Assembly (NCBI GenBank): GCA_019310485.1
Contig: JAFDEF010000007.1
Location: 4,434-68,433 of the forward strand
Direction of reading: 5' to 3'
Length of the DNA stretch: 64,000 nucleotides
DNA from: Deltaproteobacteria bacterium
GTDB taxonomy: Bacteria > Desulfobacterota > DSM-4660 > Desulfatiglandales > HGW-15
Part shown: positions 28,675-37,842 of the stretch, piece by piece
Layout of the letters: every line of letters begins with the position of its first letter
Numbering within the stretch: position 1 is the stretch's first letter
Notes under the pieces: generated by a model
Database searches by the model: none
Told to the model about the DNA's origin: nothing
What the model saw: only the letters and a program-made list of their open reading frames with translations
Program-made: the position numbers and the translations under genes

Positions 28675-30357
28675 TTGTTAACAGGTGCACAAATTCTAAT
28701 AAAGACGTTACAGGAGGAAGGGGTGGATACCATTTTCGGGTATCCGGGTGGCGCCACTGTTGATATTTATAACGAGCTGGTCAAAACCGAAATCGGACAC
28801 ATCACGGTCCGCCACGAGCAGGGTGCTGTTCATGCAGCCGATGGCTACGCCAGAGCTTCAGGCAAGGTGGGGGTCTGCTTGGTGACCTCAGGGCCTGGAG
28901 CCACCAATACGGTATCGGGCATTGCCTCGGCATTTATGGATTCGATCCCCGTGGTTGTTCTCACCGGCCAGGTGCCGACTTCGCTAATTGGAAATGATGC
29001 GTTCCAGGAGGTAGACATTGTAGGCATCACCAGGCCCTGCACCAAACATAACTACCTTGTGAAAGACGTAAGGGAGCTTTCTCAGACCGTCAGGGAAGCG
29101 TTCTTCATCGCAAGATCAGGGCGCCCCGGTCCGGTACTGGTGGACCTTCCCAAAGACGTGATTCAATCAAGAGCCACTTATAAGACCATAAAAGAAGTGC
29201 GGCTCAGGTCATATAACCCAACGTATGAACCAAATGCCAAGCAACTGCCAAAGGTTGTGAAACTTATAAGAGAGTCCACACGCCCGGTTATTTTGGCCGG
29301 AGGCGGTGTCATTCTCTCCGGCGCCTCGGATGCACTCAGGAAATTCGCAAAGAAGATTCAGTCTCCTGTTACAGCCACGCTAATGGGCCTCGGAGGGTTT
29401 CCGGCAAGTCATCCCTTGTGGCTCGGAATGATTGGTATGCATGGAACTTACAGGGCTAACATGGCATCAGGAGAATGTGACCTTCTCATCGCTATCGGCG
29501 CCCGTTTCGACGATCGGGTCACCGGCAGGACGGACACCTTTGCTCGGGGGGCCAAAATTGTCCATATTGATATTGATCCAACATCGATTCGAAAGAATGT
29601 ACCCGTTGCGATTCCGATCGTTGGTGACTGTAAAATTACCCTGGAAAAACTCAACAAGATTCTGGAGCAAGAAGACCTTGGGGATTTCAAAAAGATCCGC
29701 AGGCCATGGTTTCGTCAAATAGAGAAATGGAAAGCTACCCAGCCGCTTGCCTATCACCAGGAAGATATGATCAAGCCCCAGTTTGTGATAGAGAAGTTGT
29801 ATGAAGTAACGAAAGGCAAGGCGATCATCACGACGGAAGTGGGTCAAAATCAGATGTGGGCAGCCCAGTTTTACAAATTCGATTACCCGAATTGTTTTAT
29901 TACCTCAGGGGGCCTTGGGTGCATGGGGTTCGGGTTTCCTGCTGCTCTGGGTGCTCAGATAGCGTGTCCGGGGAAATTGGTGGTTGATGTCGCAGGGGAT
30001 GCAAGCATCCAGATGAACATTCAGGAAATGGCTACTGCGGTGCAATACAATCTCCCTGTAAAAATCGTTGTACTTAATAACGGCTACATGGGAATGGTGC
30101 GGCAGTGGCAGCAGTTGTTTTATGAAAAGCGCTATGCATGCACGGAAATGGAGGCAGCCCCTGATTTTGTAAAGCTGGCTGAGGCATACGGTGCTGTGGG
30201 TCTTAGGGCCACAAGGCCTGAAGAAGTGGAGCAGGTGTTGAATAAGGGCATGTCGACAAAAAAGCCGGTCATCATGGATTTTGTCGTTGAACGCGAAGAG
30301 TGTGTCTACCCCATGGTTCCGGCTGGCTCGCCTATAACAGAGATGTTACTTGTATGA
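28675..30357 (+). CDS. ilvB: Acetolactate synthase large subunit
   Basis: 560-aa TPP enzyme with GYPGGA, GPGATN, and GGLGCMGFGFPAALGA...GDASIQMNIQE. Confidence 0.9.
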   Translation: MLTGAQILIKTLQEEGVDTIFGYPGGATVDIYNELVKTEIGHITVRHEQGAVHAADGYARASGKVGVCLVTSGPGATNTVSGIASAFMDSIPVVVLTGQVPTSLIGNDAFQEVDIVGITRPCTKHNYLVKDVRELSQTVREAFFIARSGRPGPVLVDLPKDVIQSRATYKTIKEVRLRSYNPTYEPNAKQLPKVVKLIRESTRPVILAGGGVILSGASDALRKFAKKIQSPVTATLMGLGGFPASHPLWLGMIGMHGTYRANMASGECDLLIAIGARFDDRVTGRTDTFARGAKIVHIDIDPTSIRKNVPVAIPIVGDCKITLEKLNKILEQEDLGDFKKIRRPWFRQIEKWKATQPLAYHQEDMIKPQFVIEKLYEVTKGKAIITTEVGQNQMWAAQFYKFDYPNCFITSGGLGCMGFGFPAALGAQIACPGKLVVDVAGDASIQMNIQEMATAVQYNLPVKIVVLNNGYMGMVRQWQQLFYEKRYACTEMEAAPDFVKLAEAYGAVGLRATRPEEVEQVLNKGMSTKKPVIMDFVVEREECVYPMVPAGSPITEMLLV

Positions 30358-30417
30358 TCGTAGCGGTAGGTAAGATGCCCTTTTCTGGTGTTGCGGTGAG
30401 CTGGCCTGATGCCCGAG

Positions 30418-30530
30418 GTGGAGCCCCACGGGCAAGCCCGTGGCACCACTTAGTCTCGCCGAATTGCTTCGCAATCGGCGGGACTTAGTGGTACGACATC
30501 CCGCCCGCCCTTAACCGCATTCATCCACGG
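30418..30530 (+). repeat. Family-3 structured repeat, in the ilvB-ilvN spacer
   Basis: A core of about 113 bp matches the reverse complement of 54913-55026, with 2-3 differences by hand alignment. It contains the hairpin CCACGGGCAAGCCCGTGG and a roughly 45-nt imperfect hairpin (CCACTTAGTC...GACTTAGTGG). Confidence 0.85.
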
Positions 30531-30551
30531 TAAAAGCAAGGAGAGGAAATC

Positions 30552-31052
30552 ATGGTAGCAAACGAGAGCACAAAGAGAAATATACTGTCTCTACTGGTTG
30601 ACAACAAGCCCGGGGTCCTGTCCCGTGTTGCTGGATTTTTTAGCGGGCGGGGGTTTAACATTGACAGTCTTTGCGTTTCGGAGACCACGGACCCGCTTGT
30701 CTCAAGAATTACCTTGGTGGCCATGGGTGACATGGCTATTCTTGAGCAGATCAAGAAGCAGTTGAATAAACTGATTAACGTGATCAAAGTCATGGATTTT
30801 ACGGACACAGAATTTGTTCAGCGAGAGACGGCACTTATCAAGGTTAGGGCAAAAGTGAACCAGCGTGCTGAGATTCTACGGATGGTGGATATTTTTAGGG
30901 CGAAAGTCGTAGACGTTGCATCAGAATATTACACGATAGAGATCACCGGTGATGAAGGCAAACTGAGCGCTTTTCTCAGGCTCTTGAAGCCTCTTGGCAT
31001 AAAAGAGATCGCAAGGACCGGGGTGGTGGCACTTGCTCGCGAAAAAAAATAG
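30552..31052 (+). CDS. ilvN: Acetolactate synthase small (regulatory) subunit
   Basis: 166 aa with an ACT domain (ILSLLVDNKPGVLSRVAGFFSGRGFNIDSL). Confidence 0.9.
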   Translation: MVANESTKRNILSLLVDNKPGVLSRVAGFFSGRGFNIDSLCVSETTDPLVSRITLVAMGDMAILEQIKKQLNKLINVIKVMDFTDTEFVQRETALIKVRAKVNQRAEILRMVDIFRAKVVDVASEYYTIEITGDEGKLSAFLRLLKPLGIKEIARTGVVALAREKK

Positions 31053-31090
31053 AGCAGCGCTCAATGGCCGCTTGGACTTTGTTCAGAAAA

Positions 31091-31199
31091 GTAAACCCTG
31101 TGGAATTTCGCACGGGGCATTGAACCCCGTGCGAAAAAGCGGAAAAAAACTTTATTTACCATCCCCGTGCTCCCGCACGGGGCGTTCCTACGGGGTAAA
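31091..31199 (+). repeat. Family-2 structured repeat, in the ilvN-ilvC spacer
   Basis: 109 bp, starting GTAAACCC and ending GGGGTAAA. Hairpins TCGCACGGGG/CCCCGTGCGA and CCCCGTGC/GCACGGGG. Nearly identical to 39048-39156, 46784-46892 and 61823-61930. Confidence 0.9.
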
Positions 31200-31219
31200 T
31201 AAACGGGAAAGGAGGATAT

Positions 31220-32281
31220 ATGGCAAAGATTGATTTTGGCGGAGTTGTGGAGGACGTGGTTACTTCAGAGGAATTTCCCTTGCAGAGGGCTCGGGAAGTG
31301 CTTGAGGATGAAGTGGTGGCTGTCCTTGGATATGGTGTTCAGGGCCCTGGCCAGGCTTTGAATATGAGAGATAACGGGGTACGGGTGATCATCGGTCAAA
31401 GGCAAGGCGGGCCGTCCTGGCAAAGAGCCCTGGAAGATGGATTTGTACCCGGGGAAACCCTCTTCCCACTGGCTGAAGCCGCAGAAAGGGGGACAATCAT
31501 TCAATACCTCGTTTCAGATGCGGGCCAGGTGGCAACCTGGGCGGAGGTGAAGCCATGCCTTCAGGAAGGCAATGCCCTTTATTTTTCCCATGGATTTTCA
31601 ATTGTTTACAGTGACCAGACAGGAATCATTCCCCCTGAGAACGTAGATGTTATCATGGTAGCGCCGAAAGGGTCGGGGCGCACCGTTAGGAGCAATTTCC
31701 TCGAAGGGAGCGGGATTAATTCAAGCTACGCAGTCTACCAGGACTCCACAGGCAGAGCGCTTGAGCGAACCTTGGCCCTTGGCATTGCAATAGGATCAGG
31801 GTATCTTTTTCCCACAACCTTCGAGAAAGAAGTGCACAGCGATTTGGTTGGAGAAAGAGGCGTGTTAATGGGATGCTTGGCTGGTGTCATGGAAGCCCAG
31901 TATAAACTACTTCGCGCGCACGGCCACACTCCAAGTGAGGCCTTCAACGAAACCGTGGAAGAGCTGACCCAGAGCCTTATCAGGTTGGTAGCTGAAAACG
32001 GTATGGACTGGATGTATGCTAACTGCAGCACCACAGCCCAGAGAGGGGCGCTTGACTGGCGGCATCGGTTCCGCGAAGCCGTGAAACCTGTTTTCGATGA
32101 GCTTTATAAAAGCGTGGTGAGCGGAGAGGAAACCCGAATCGTGCTGGATGCCAACAGTGCCCCAGATTACAGGGAACGACTGCGGGAAGAGCTCGACGAA
32201 ATTAAGAATTCGGAGATGTGGAGAGCTGGCGCTGCTGTTCGTGCGTTGAGACCGGAGAACAGAGCCAAGAAAAAACTGTAG
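31220..32281 (+). CDS. ilvC: Ketol-acid reductoisomerase
   Basis: 353 aa with the Rossmann motif LGYGVQGPGQALNMRDNG and KARI-like sequence throughout. Confidence 0.9.
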   Translation: MAKIDFGGVVEDVVTSEEFPLQRAREVLEDEVVAVLGYGVQGPGQALNMRDNGVRVIIGQRQGGPSWQRALEDGFVPGETLFPLAEAAERGTIIQYLVSDAGQVATWAEVKPCLQEGNALYFSHGFSIVYSDQTGIIPPENVDVIMVAPKGSGRTVRSNFLEGSGINSSYAVYQDSTGRALERTLALGIAIGSGYLFPTTFEKEVHSDLVGERGVLMGCLAGVMEAQYKLLRAHGHTPSEAFNETVEELTQSLIRLVAENGMDWMYANCSTTAQRGALDWRHRFREAVKPVFDELYKSVVSGEETRIVLDANSAPDYRERLREELDEIKNSEMWRAGAAVRALRPENRAKKKL

Positions 32282-32419
32282 GGAGATACACAGGTTTTTA
32301 GGTTTAAGGCTGAAGGTAGAAGGATTTTCACCTTGGCCTTTTACCAACCACGATACTTGCGGATAAACCTTCACTCTATCCACCTGGGAGGCTACAGTAG
32401 GAAGTAGCATGTTAAGGGG

Positions 32420-33064
32420 GTGTTTGAAACTGAGATGAGGGAAACGCCCGATAGCAAACTCCAGGCAGATGCAGTGGAAACACCTGATATAAGATGGCTC
32501 AAGATCTTGACGGAGTATTTGCAAAAGTGCGATGTCAGGTTGGATTCTTGTCCAAGAATATTGGATATCGGTTGCGGTAATAATGTTAAGTGGAACTATC
32601 TGGCCATCACCTACTACCTTGCAGGCCATGGGCTGGGCATGCCACACTACGTGGGGATTGACCAAAGCGAAGAAGCATTTGAAGAAGCGAAAAAAATCCT
32701 TGGCGAACTTGTGGAATTCAAGGCTGAGGATGCGCAAAATCTTACCGATTTCTTGAGGCAGCAATTCCAAATTGTACTGATTAGGCACCCTGATATTGCT
32801 ACTGCGCCTGATCGGCCAAGAATATGGCATAAGATTTTCCTTGAGACCGCAAAAGTCCTGGATCCGAATGGCTGTGTCATTCTCACAAGCTTCTGGCTGA
32901 AGGATCATATTCCGGCACAAGCCCTGCTTGAAAAAACCGGTCTTAGCATTGTTTTCAGCGGAAGTAACAAGTACCCGGGTAAGCAATTTGATATTTCAAG
33001 CGAGGGAGAGCCCTTAAGGTTTGACAAATATATTCTTATAGCGAAAAAGAGCACCTTGCACTAA
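32420..33064 (+). CDS. Probable SAM-dependent methyltransferase
   Basis: 214 aa with the motif ILDIGCGNN (SAM-binding motif I). GTG start. Confidence 0.6.
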   Translation: MFETEMRETPDSKLQADAVETPDIRWLKILTEYLQKCDVRLDSCPRILDIGCGNNVKWNYLAITYYLAGHGLGMPHYVGIDQSEEAFEEAKKILGELVEFKAEDAQNLTDFLRQQFQIVLIRHPDIATAPDRPRIWHKIFLETAKVLDPNGCVILTSFWLKDHIPAQALLEKTGLSIVFSGSNKYPGKQFDISSEGEPLRFDKYILIAKKSTLH

Positions 33065-33086
33065 TAGAGTAACAGCTTAATAAGGG

Positions 33087-33980
33087 GTGGAAGGGCAAGG
33101 ATCAATTGGCGTAGAGGATTCGGAGCTTTCACGCGTGAGAGACATAAAAGTTGCCATGGTGTGTATGCATAGTGAGATAGGCGAAGTTGCCGGAAATCTC
33201 GCCAAGGTTGAATCATATACCTCCCAGGCTTCAGACAAGGGGGTTGAGATCATTTGTTTTCCCGAGCTCTCCCTGAGTGGTTACACTCTTAGCAATCCGC
33301 AAAAGGCTTATGTCGGCTTAAGGACCGAGGAAGTTGTTGAAACAATCGTCCAGACGGCAAAACAAAAAGGCATAATTGTTATCGCCGGTCTTATCGAACC
33401 TTCAACAAAAAGAAAACCTTACATTAGTCAGATTGTGGCAGGGCCTCAAGGACTGCTAGGTCTTTACAGGAAAACCCATCTTTCTCCTCTGGAAAAAGGG
33501 GTGTACCTTGAGGGTGAGAAGATTCAAATTTTTTCAAGCAATGCAGTATCTTTCGGAATTCAGCTTTGTTATGAATCGCATTTTCCAGAGATAAGTACTG
33601 TGATGGCTCTTAAGGGCGCTGAAATCATCTTTCTTCCCCACGCCTCACCTCGCGGTAGCCCCGAGGAAAAGCTGGAAAGCTGGAGGCGGCACTTGCCAAG
33701 CCGCGCTTTTGATAATTCCGTTTTTGTTCTAGCTTGTAATCAGGTTGGGGAAACCAGTGAAGGATTCTCATTTCCCGGTGTTGCGCTCGCCCTCGCGCCT
33801 ACGGGCGAAATGGTAGAAAGCTACTGTGGAAAAGATGAGCAAATGATCACGGTAAGCCTTCAGAGGGAAAAGCTTGAGGAAGTTAGAAAACACAAGATGA
33901 AATATTTCCTCCGACACAGGCGCCCTCGCCTTTACGCGGAGATAGCCTCACCCGTCTCAAGACTAAATCGTGAACTCTAG
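33087..33980 (+). CDS. Carbon-nitrogen hydrolase (nitrilase superfamily) protein
   Basis: CFPELSLSGY (catalytic Glu region), YRKTHL (Lys) and LCYESHFPE (Cys). The start may be the GTG at 33135. Confidence 0.8.
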   Translation: MEGQGSIGVEDSELSRVRDIKVAMVCMHSEIGEVAGNLAKVESYTSQASDKGVEIICFPELSLSGYTLSNPQKAYVGLRTEEVVETIVQTAKQKGIIVIAGLIEPSTKRKPYISQIVAGPQGLLGLYRKTHLSPLEKGVYLEGEKIQIFSSNAVSFGIQLCYESHFPEISTVMALKGAEIIFLPHASPRGSPEEKLESWRRHLPSRAFDNSVFVLACNQVGETSEGFSFPGVALALAPTGEMVESYCGKDEQMITVSLQREKLEEVRKHKMKYFLRHRRPRLYAEIASPVSRLNREL

Positions 33981-33997
33981 CCGTCGGATACTTGGCA

Positions 33998-34036
33998 CAA
34001 AAAAAGGCACCCAAGGGAGTTTCTCCCTCGTGTGCC
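33998..34036 (-). terminator. Intrinsic terminator downstream of dsrC
   Basis: On the minus strand, GGCACACGAGGGAG-AAA-CTCCCTTGGGTGCC is followed by T8. Confidence 0.7.
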
Positions 34037-34064
34037 CAATGCTGCGTTTAGAATGGTTTAGCTA

Positions 34065-34382
34065 CTACACGCATCCGGTGGGCTTGGGTAGGCCAGCCAT
34101 TTTGCAAGCTCCTTTACCGGGTCCGGATGGAAACAGCTCGTAAATATACTTGAGCTTGTAGCCTGTCACCTTTGAAAGAATCCTTACCATGGGAGCAATC
34201 CCGTTTTTCTTATAATAATCCTGAAGGACTTTGATTACCTTCCAGTGTTCATCAGTGAGCTCCTCGATTCCCTCGGTTTGCTTCACATGTCGTACCCAGG
34301 CCTCGTTCCAGTTATTGAAATCATCAATAAAACCGTCTTCATCGACGTTAAAAGTATGTCCTTCAAATTCTACCGTGGGCAT
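34065..34382 (-). CDS. dsrC: DsrC (TusE/DsrC family sulfur carrier)
   Basis: 105 aa ending in ...GACKMAGLPKPTGCV, which carries the two conserved C-terminal Cys. AGGAGG SD. Confidence 0.9.
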   Translation of the reverse strand: MPTVEFEGHTFNVDEDGFIDDFNNWNEAWVRHVKQTEGIEELTDEHWKVIKVLQDYYKKNGIAPMVRILSKVTGYKLKYIYELFPSGPGKGACKMAGLPKPTGCV

Positions 34383-34438
34383 ATGCTACGACCTCCTTTT
34401 TATAATAATCTTAAGGACTTACCAAAATACAATATACT

Positions 34439-34467
34439 TGTATATCCTAAATCTATCACAATGTCAA
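34439..34467 (-). promoter_or_regulatory. Sigma70-type promoter for dsrC
   Basis: On the minus strand, TTGACA, a 17-nt spacer, then TATACA, about 55 nt upstream of the dsrC ATG. Confidence 0.5.
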
Positions 34468-34482
34468 TCCTTCTTTTTGCAA

Positions 34483-35898
34483 TTATTCTGAAAATTTTTT
34501 CTCTCCGAGTTTTCTAAAATCAATCGCGGCACTGAAAAGCCCCTTTCCCCACAGCTTATTTCCCCGAGCATGGACATGGGAATAGGTGGCAAGCAGATTT
34601 TTCCTAACAACGCCATCGCTGGAGCCGTCCAGGCCTTGACCTCGAATCACCTTAAAAACTGAAGGTATTTTAGCATGAGCCTTTGGTAAAGGTTTTGAAT
34701 AATGAAATTCGTGGCCTTTGAGCACAGTCCCTGGCGAATAGAAAGGATTTTCCCCGCAAACTTCCAAAACGGTGTAACCATGTCCCTGAGGTTTTTTCTC
34801 CATCAAGAATTTCATGGGAATAGCTCCCACCATAGGATACGTCTTGTGGTCTGCTATCAGATCTTCCCCCAAGTATATAAGCCCTCCGCACTCGGCATAT
34901 ACTGGCAGCCCCCTTTCAATAGCGAGCCTAAGGGATGTCCGGAACTCACTGTTCGAGGCCAGGGCGTGGGCTTGCATCTCCGGGAATCCTCCACCGATGT
35001 AGAGTGCGTCAAGCTCGGGGAGTTTAGAGTCAATCATGGAGTTGATTTCAACAAGCTCTGCCCCCATGTGTCGGAGATGATCAAGGTTTTCCGGATAGTA
35101 AAACCAGAATGCTTTATCCCTAATGATTCCAATACGTAGGGATTTGCCCCCAAAGGTAACAGGTGATTCGTGATACTCTACCTGAGGCGATTGGTGGAGG
35201 GCTTTGGCCTTGCAAGCAATTTCGCGGATTCGGTCAAGGTCAACATTTTCCTCCACAACTTTTCTTGCCCATTCAACTGCCTTGGCAGCGTAAGTTCTTT
35301 CAATATGAGGTACCAGGCCCATATGTCTTTCAGGAAACATGTTCCCTTTGAGCTTGGGGATCGCCCCAACCACAGGTACATCGCAGTACTTTTCAATGGA
35401 GTTGCGTATAAGGGATTGGTGACGGAAACCTCCCACTCGATTTAAAATGATTCCCGTGATCTCAAGGTCAGGGTCGAATTTCTGGCAACCCATAATGAGG
35501 GCGGCTGCGGTCCTGGTAACCATCGTGACATCTACGATGATAAATACAGGCGTCTTGAGGGTTTTTGCCAGCTCCGCAGTGCTGCATTGCCCTTCAAGAT
35601 CCAGCCCGTCAAACAGGCCTCGGTTTCCCTCGATCAAAGAAATATCTGCCGTAGACGAATTAACAAGGAAGGAGTTCAGGATTTGCTCTTTTGTCATTAA
35701 GAACGGGTCCAGATTATAACAGGGACGAGCAGAGACAAAACTAAGCCAACCCGCGTCGATGAAGTCCGGGCCCTTCTTGAAGGTGGCGACTTTATAGCTT
35801 TTTTCCCTGAGCGCTGAGACCACGCCAATTGAGAGCATCGTTTTCCCGGAGTCCCCTTTGAGGGCCGAAATAATCATCCTGGGCAAGTTAGCTGGCAT
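34483..35898 (-). CDS. dsrN: Cobyrinic acid a,c-diamide synthase family protein (DsrN-like siroheme amidase)
   Basis: CbiA-family P-loop (GDSGKT) and a C-terminal glutamine amidotransferase (YAECGGLIYLG). Adjacent to dsrC and dsrAB. The ORF extends to 35955, but the ATG at 35898 has GGAG upstream. Confidence 0.8.
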   Translation of the reverse strand: MPANLPRMIISALKGDSGKTMLSIGVVSALREKSYKVATFKKGPDFIDAGWLSFVSARPCYNLDPFLMTKEQILNSFLVNSSTADISLIEGNRGLFDGLDLEGQCSTAELAKTLKTPVFIIVDVTMVTRTAAALIMGCQKFDPDLEITGIILNRVGGFRHQSLIRNSIEKYCDVPVVGAIPKLKGNMFPERHMGLVPHIERTYAAKAVEWARKVVEENVDLDRIREIACKAKALHQSPQVEYHESPVTFGGKSLRIGIIRDKAFWFYYPENLDHLRHMGAELVEINSMIDSKLPELDALYIGGGFPEMQAHALASNSEFRTSLRLAIERGLPVYAECGGLIYLGEDLIADHKTYPMVGAIPMKFLMEKKPQGHGYTVLEVCGENPFYSPGTVLKGHEFHYSKPLPKAHAKIPSVFKVIRGQGLDGSSDGVVRKNLLATYSHVHARGNKLWGKGLFSAAIDFRKLGEKKFSE

Positions 35899-36397
35899 AG
35901 CGCTCCAATAATTAATGTTCCCTTGATATCTGGGCAGTGAAAAACCTAACAGCATTTCCTCGTTGCACGGGCCGAATTTTCTGGCGCAGTCCCGTTTTGA
36001 TCTCTGGCAATGCTGTGTGTAGTCTGCATCCCTATTATGAAGGACTATAGGGGGCTATAAATTGCATTGCTGATATTGTCAACAAAATAGGGAAAAAGGG
36101 CTTGATGCGAAAAGAGGCCAGTTGGCTGCACTAGGTTTCGCATTTGGGCGCTCGTTTGATTTTTTCTTGACATTCAGTCTTGATTCAGATTAAAAGCATT
36201 TTGTTTGGTTTTGAAATAGGAAAAGAAGCCCGGCGGAGTTGGGCGATAGTGATAAACACACTGATTTTTTTAGGAAAAGCTGCAAGTTGAAGGGAGGAGG
36301 TGAATCTTAGAACCTTATTTTGGAAACCGTTTTCTTAGGGGAAAGCCCCTTTTCAGAGCGGAGGTAAACTTTCATTTTCTAGAAGGAGGCGTGAATA

Positions 36398-37816
36398 ATG
36401 GCTTTTGAACCGAGAGAACCACAAAAGGAGCTGAAATATGATGAGCTCAGGATCTACTCAGATGACGAGCTTAATAACTACACCGAAGAAGAGCTCAAAA
36501 ACTTTAAAGTTAAACACAATATTCCTGATGTAGAAGAACTGGAAAAAGGCCCGTGGCCAAGCTTTGTAGCAGATGCAAAGCGCGAAGCATTGCACAGAAG
36601 AAAACTTAGTGAAGATCGAATGATGATTGAAAGAGATGTGGTCGAAGACCTGCTCGGCCAGCTCCAGGTTTCGTTTGATGATGGCGAAACGCACTGGAAG
36701 CACGGCGGGATAGTGGGAGTTTTCGGCTACGGCGGCGGGGTCATAGGGCGGTATTCAGACCTTCCCAAAAAATTCCCCTCTATTGCTCACTTTCACACCC
36801 TGCGCGTAAACCAGCCGGCAAGTAAGTTTTACAGCACTGACTATCTCAGAAGCATTTGTGACCTGTGGGAATTCCGCGGCAGCGGACTGCTGAACATGCA
36901 CGGTTCAACTGGTGACATTATCTTTCTGGGGACCTTTACCGAGCAGCTGGAACCTGTCTTCTATGAGCTGACCCATGTTTTACAACAAGACCTCGGGGGC
37001 TCGGGCTCTAACCTTCGCACCCCTTCATGCTGCGTTGGTAGAGCGCGATGTGAGTGGGCCTGTTATGACACCCAGGATATGTGCTATGAACTGACTCACT
37101 ATTACCAGGATGAATTGCACAGGCCCGCGTTTCCCTACAAGTTCAAATTCAAATTTGACGGATGTCCTAATTGCTGCGTGGCATCTATTGCGCGTGCTGA
37201 TATGTCTTTCATAGGCACATGGAGGGATAACATCCGCATCGACCAGAAAGCTGTCAAGGCCTACATCGGGGGTGAAATCAAGCCTAACGGAGGCGCTCAC
37301 ACTGGAAAGGACTGGGGTAAGTTTGATATCCAGAAGGAAGTTATTGACCTTTGCCCCACGCAGTGCATGTGGATGGAAGACGGAAAGCTCATGATCGATG
37401 ACAAGGAGTGCACGCGGTGCATGCACTGCATCAACGTGATGCCTCAAGCCTTGAGGCCTGGAAAAGATACGGGGGTCACCATCCTTTTTGGAGCAAAGGC
37501 ACCGATTCTGGAAGGTGCGCAAATGGCCCTTCTGACCGTACCTTTCATGAAGGTTGAACACCCCTATGATAACGTAAAGGAGCTGATAGACAAAGTGTGG
37601 GATTGGTGGATGGAAGAGGGCAAGAACCGCGAACGACTCGGGGAATTGATCCAGCGCTATGGCGTGCCGAAATTCCTGGACGTTATCGGCCTCCCGCCCA
37701 TGCCTCAGATGGTGAAAGAGCCTCGCTCCAATCCTTATATTTTCTGGAAAGAGGAAGATGTACCCGGCGGATGGAAGCGTACGATTGAAGATTACAGAAA
37801 AAGACACGCGAGATAG
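36398..37816 (+). CDS. dsrA: Dissimilatory sulfite reductase alpha subunit
   Basis: GPWPSFV, ETHWKHGGIVGVFGYGGGVIGRY, and the siroheme/FeS Cys motifs match DsrA closely. Strong SD. Has an acidic N-terminal extension of about 36 aa. Confidence 0.95.
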   Translation: MAFEPREPQKELKYDELRIYSDDELNNYTEEELKNFKVKHNIPDVEELEKGPWPSFVADAKREALHRRKLSEDRMMIERDVVEDLLGQLQVSFDDGETHWKHGGIVGVFGYGGGVIGRYSDLPKKFPSIAHFHTLRVNQPASKFYSTDYLRSICDLWEFRGSGLLNMHGSTGDIIFLGTFTEQLEPVFYELTHVLQQDLGGSGSNLRTPSCCVGRARCEWACYDTQDMCYELTHYYQDELHRPAFPYKFKFKFDGCPNCCVASIARADMSFIGTWRDNIRIDQKAVKAYIGGEIKPNGGAHTGKDWGKFDIQKEVIDLCPTQCMWMEDGKLMIDDKECTRCMHCINVMPQALRPGKDTGVTILFGAKAPILEGAQMALLTVPFMKVEHPYDNVKELIDKVWDWWMEEGKNRERLGELIQRYGVPKFLDVIGLPPMPQMVKEPRSNPYIFWKEEDVPGGWKRTIEDYRKRHAR

Positions 37817-37842
37817 CTACAGAGAAGAGGAGGTAAATAACC

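Noticed and set aside
30300-30488. 62-aa plus-strand ORF bridging the ilvB 3' end and the family-3 repeat
   Set aside because: It starts inside ilvB in another frame and owes its length to the GC-rich repeat. It is not a gene.
31907-32986. 359-aa minus-strand ORF overlapping the 3' end of ilvC and the methyltransferase gene
   Set aside because: It is antisense to two well-supported plus-strand genes, has low-complexity and odd composition, and shows no SD or motif. It is a typical shadow ORF.
37025-37807. 260-aa minus-strand ORF inside dsrA. Similar long antisense ORFs occur at 10221-10973, 8488-9123, 20013-20591 and 11180-11536.
   Set aside because: All lie opposite strongly supported CDSs (DsrA, FAH, LivK, the GltD-like fusion, the aminotransferase) and have no recognisable motifs. 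They are shadow frames.
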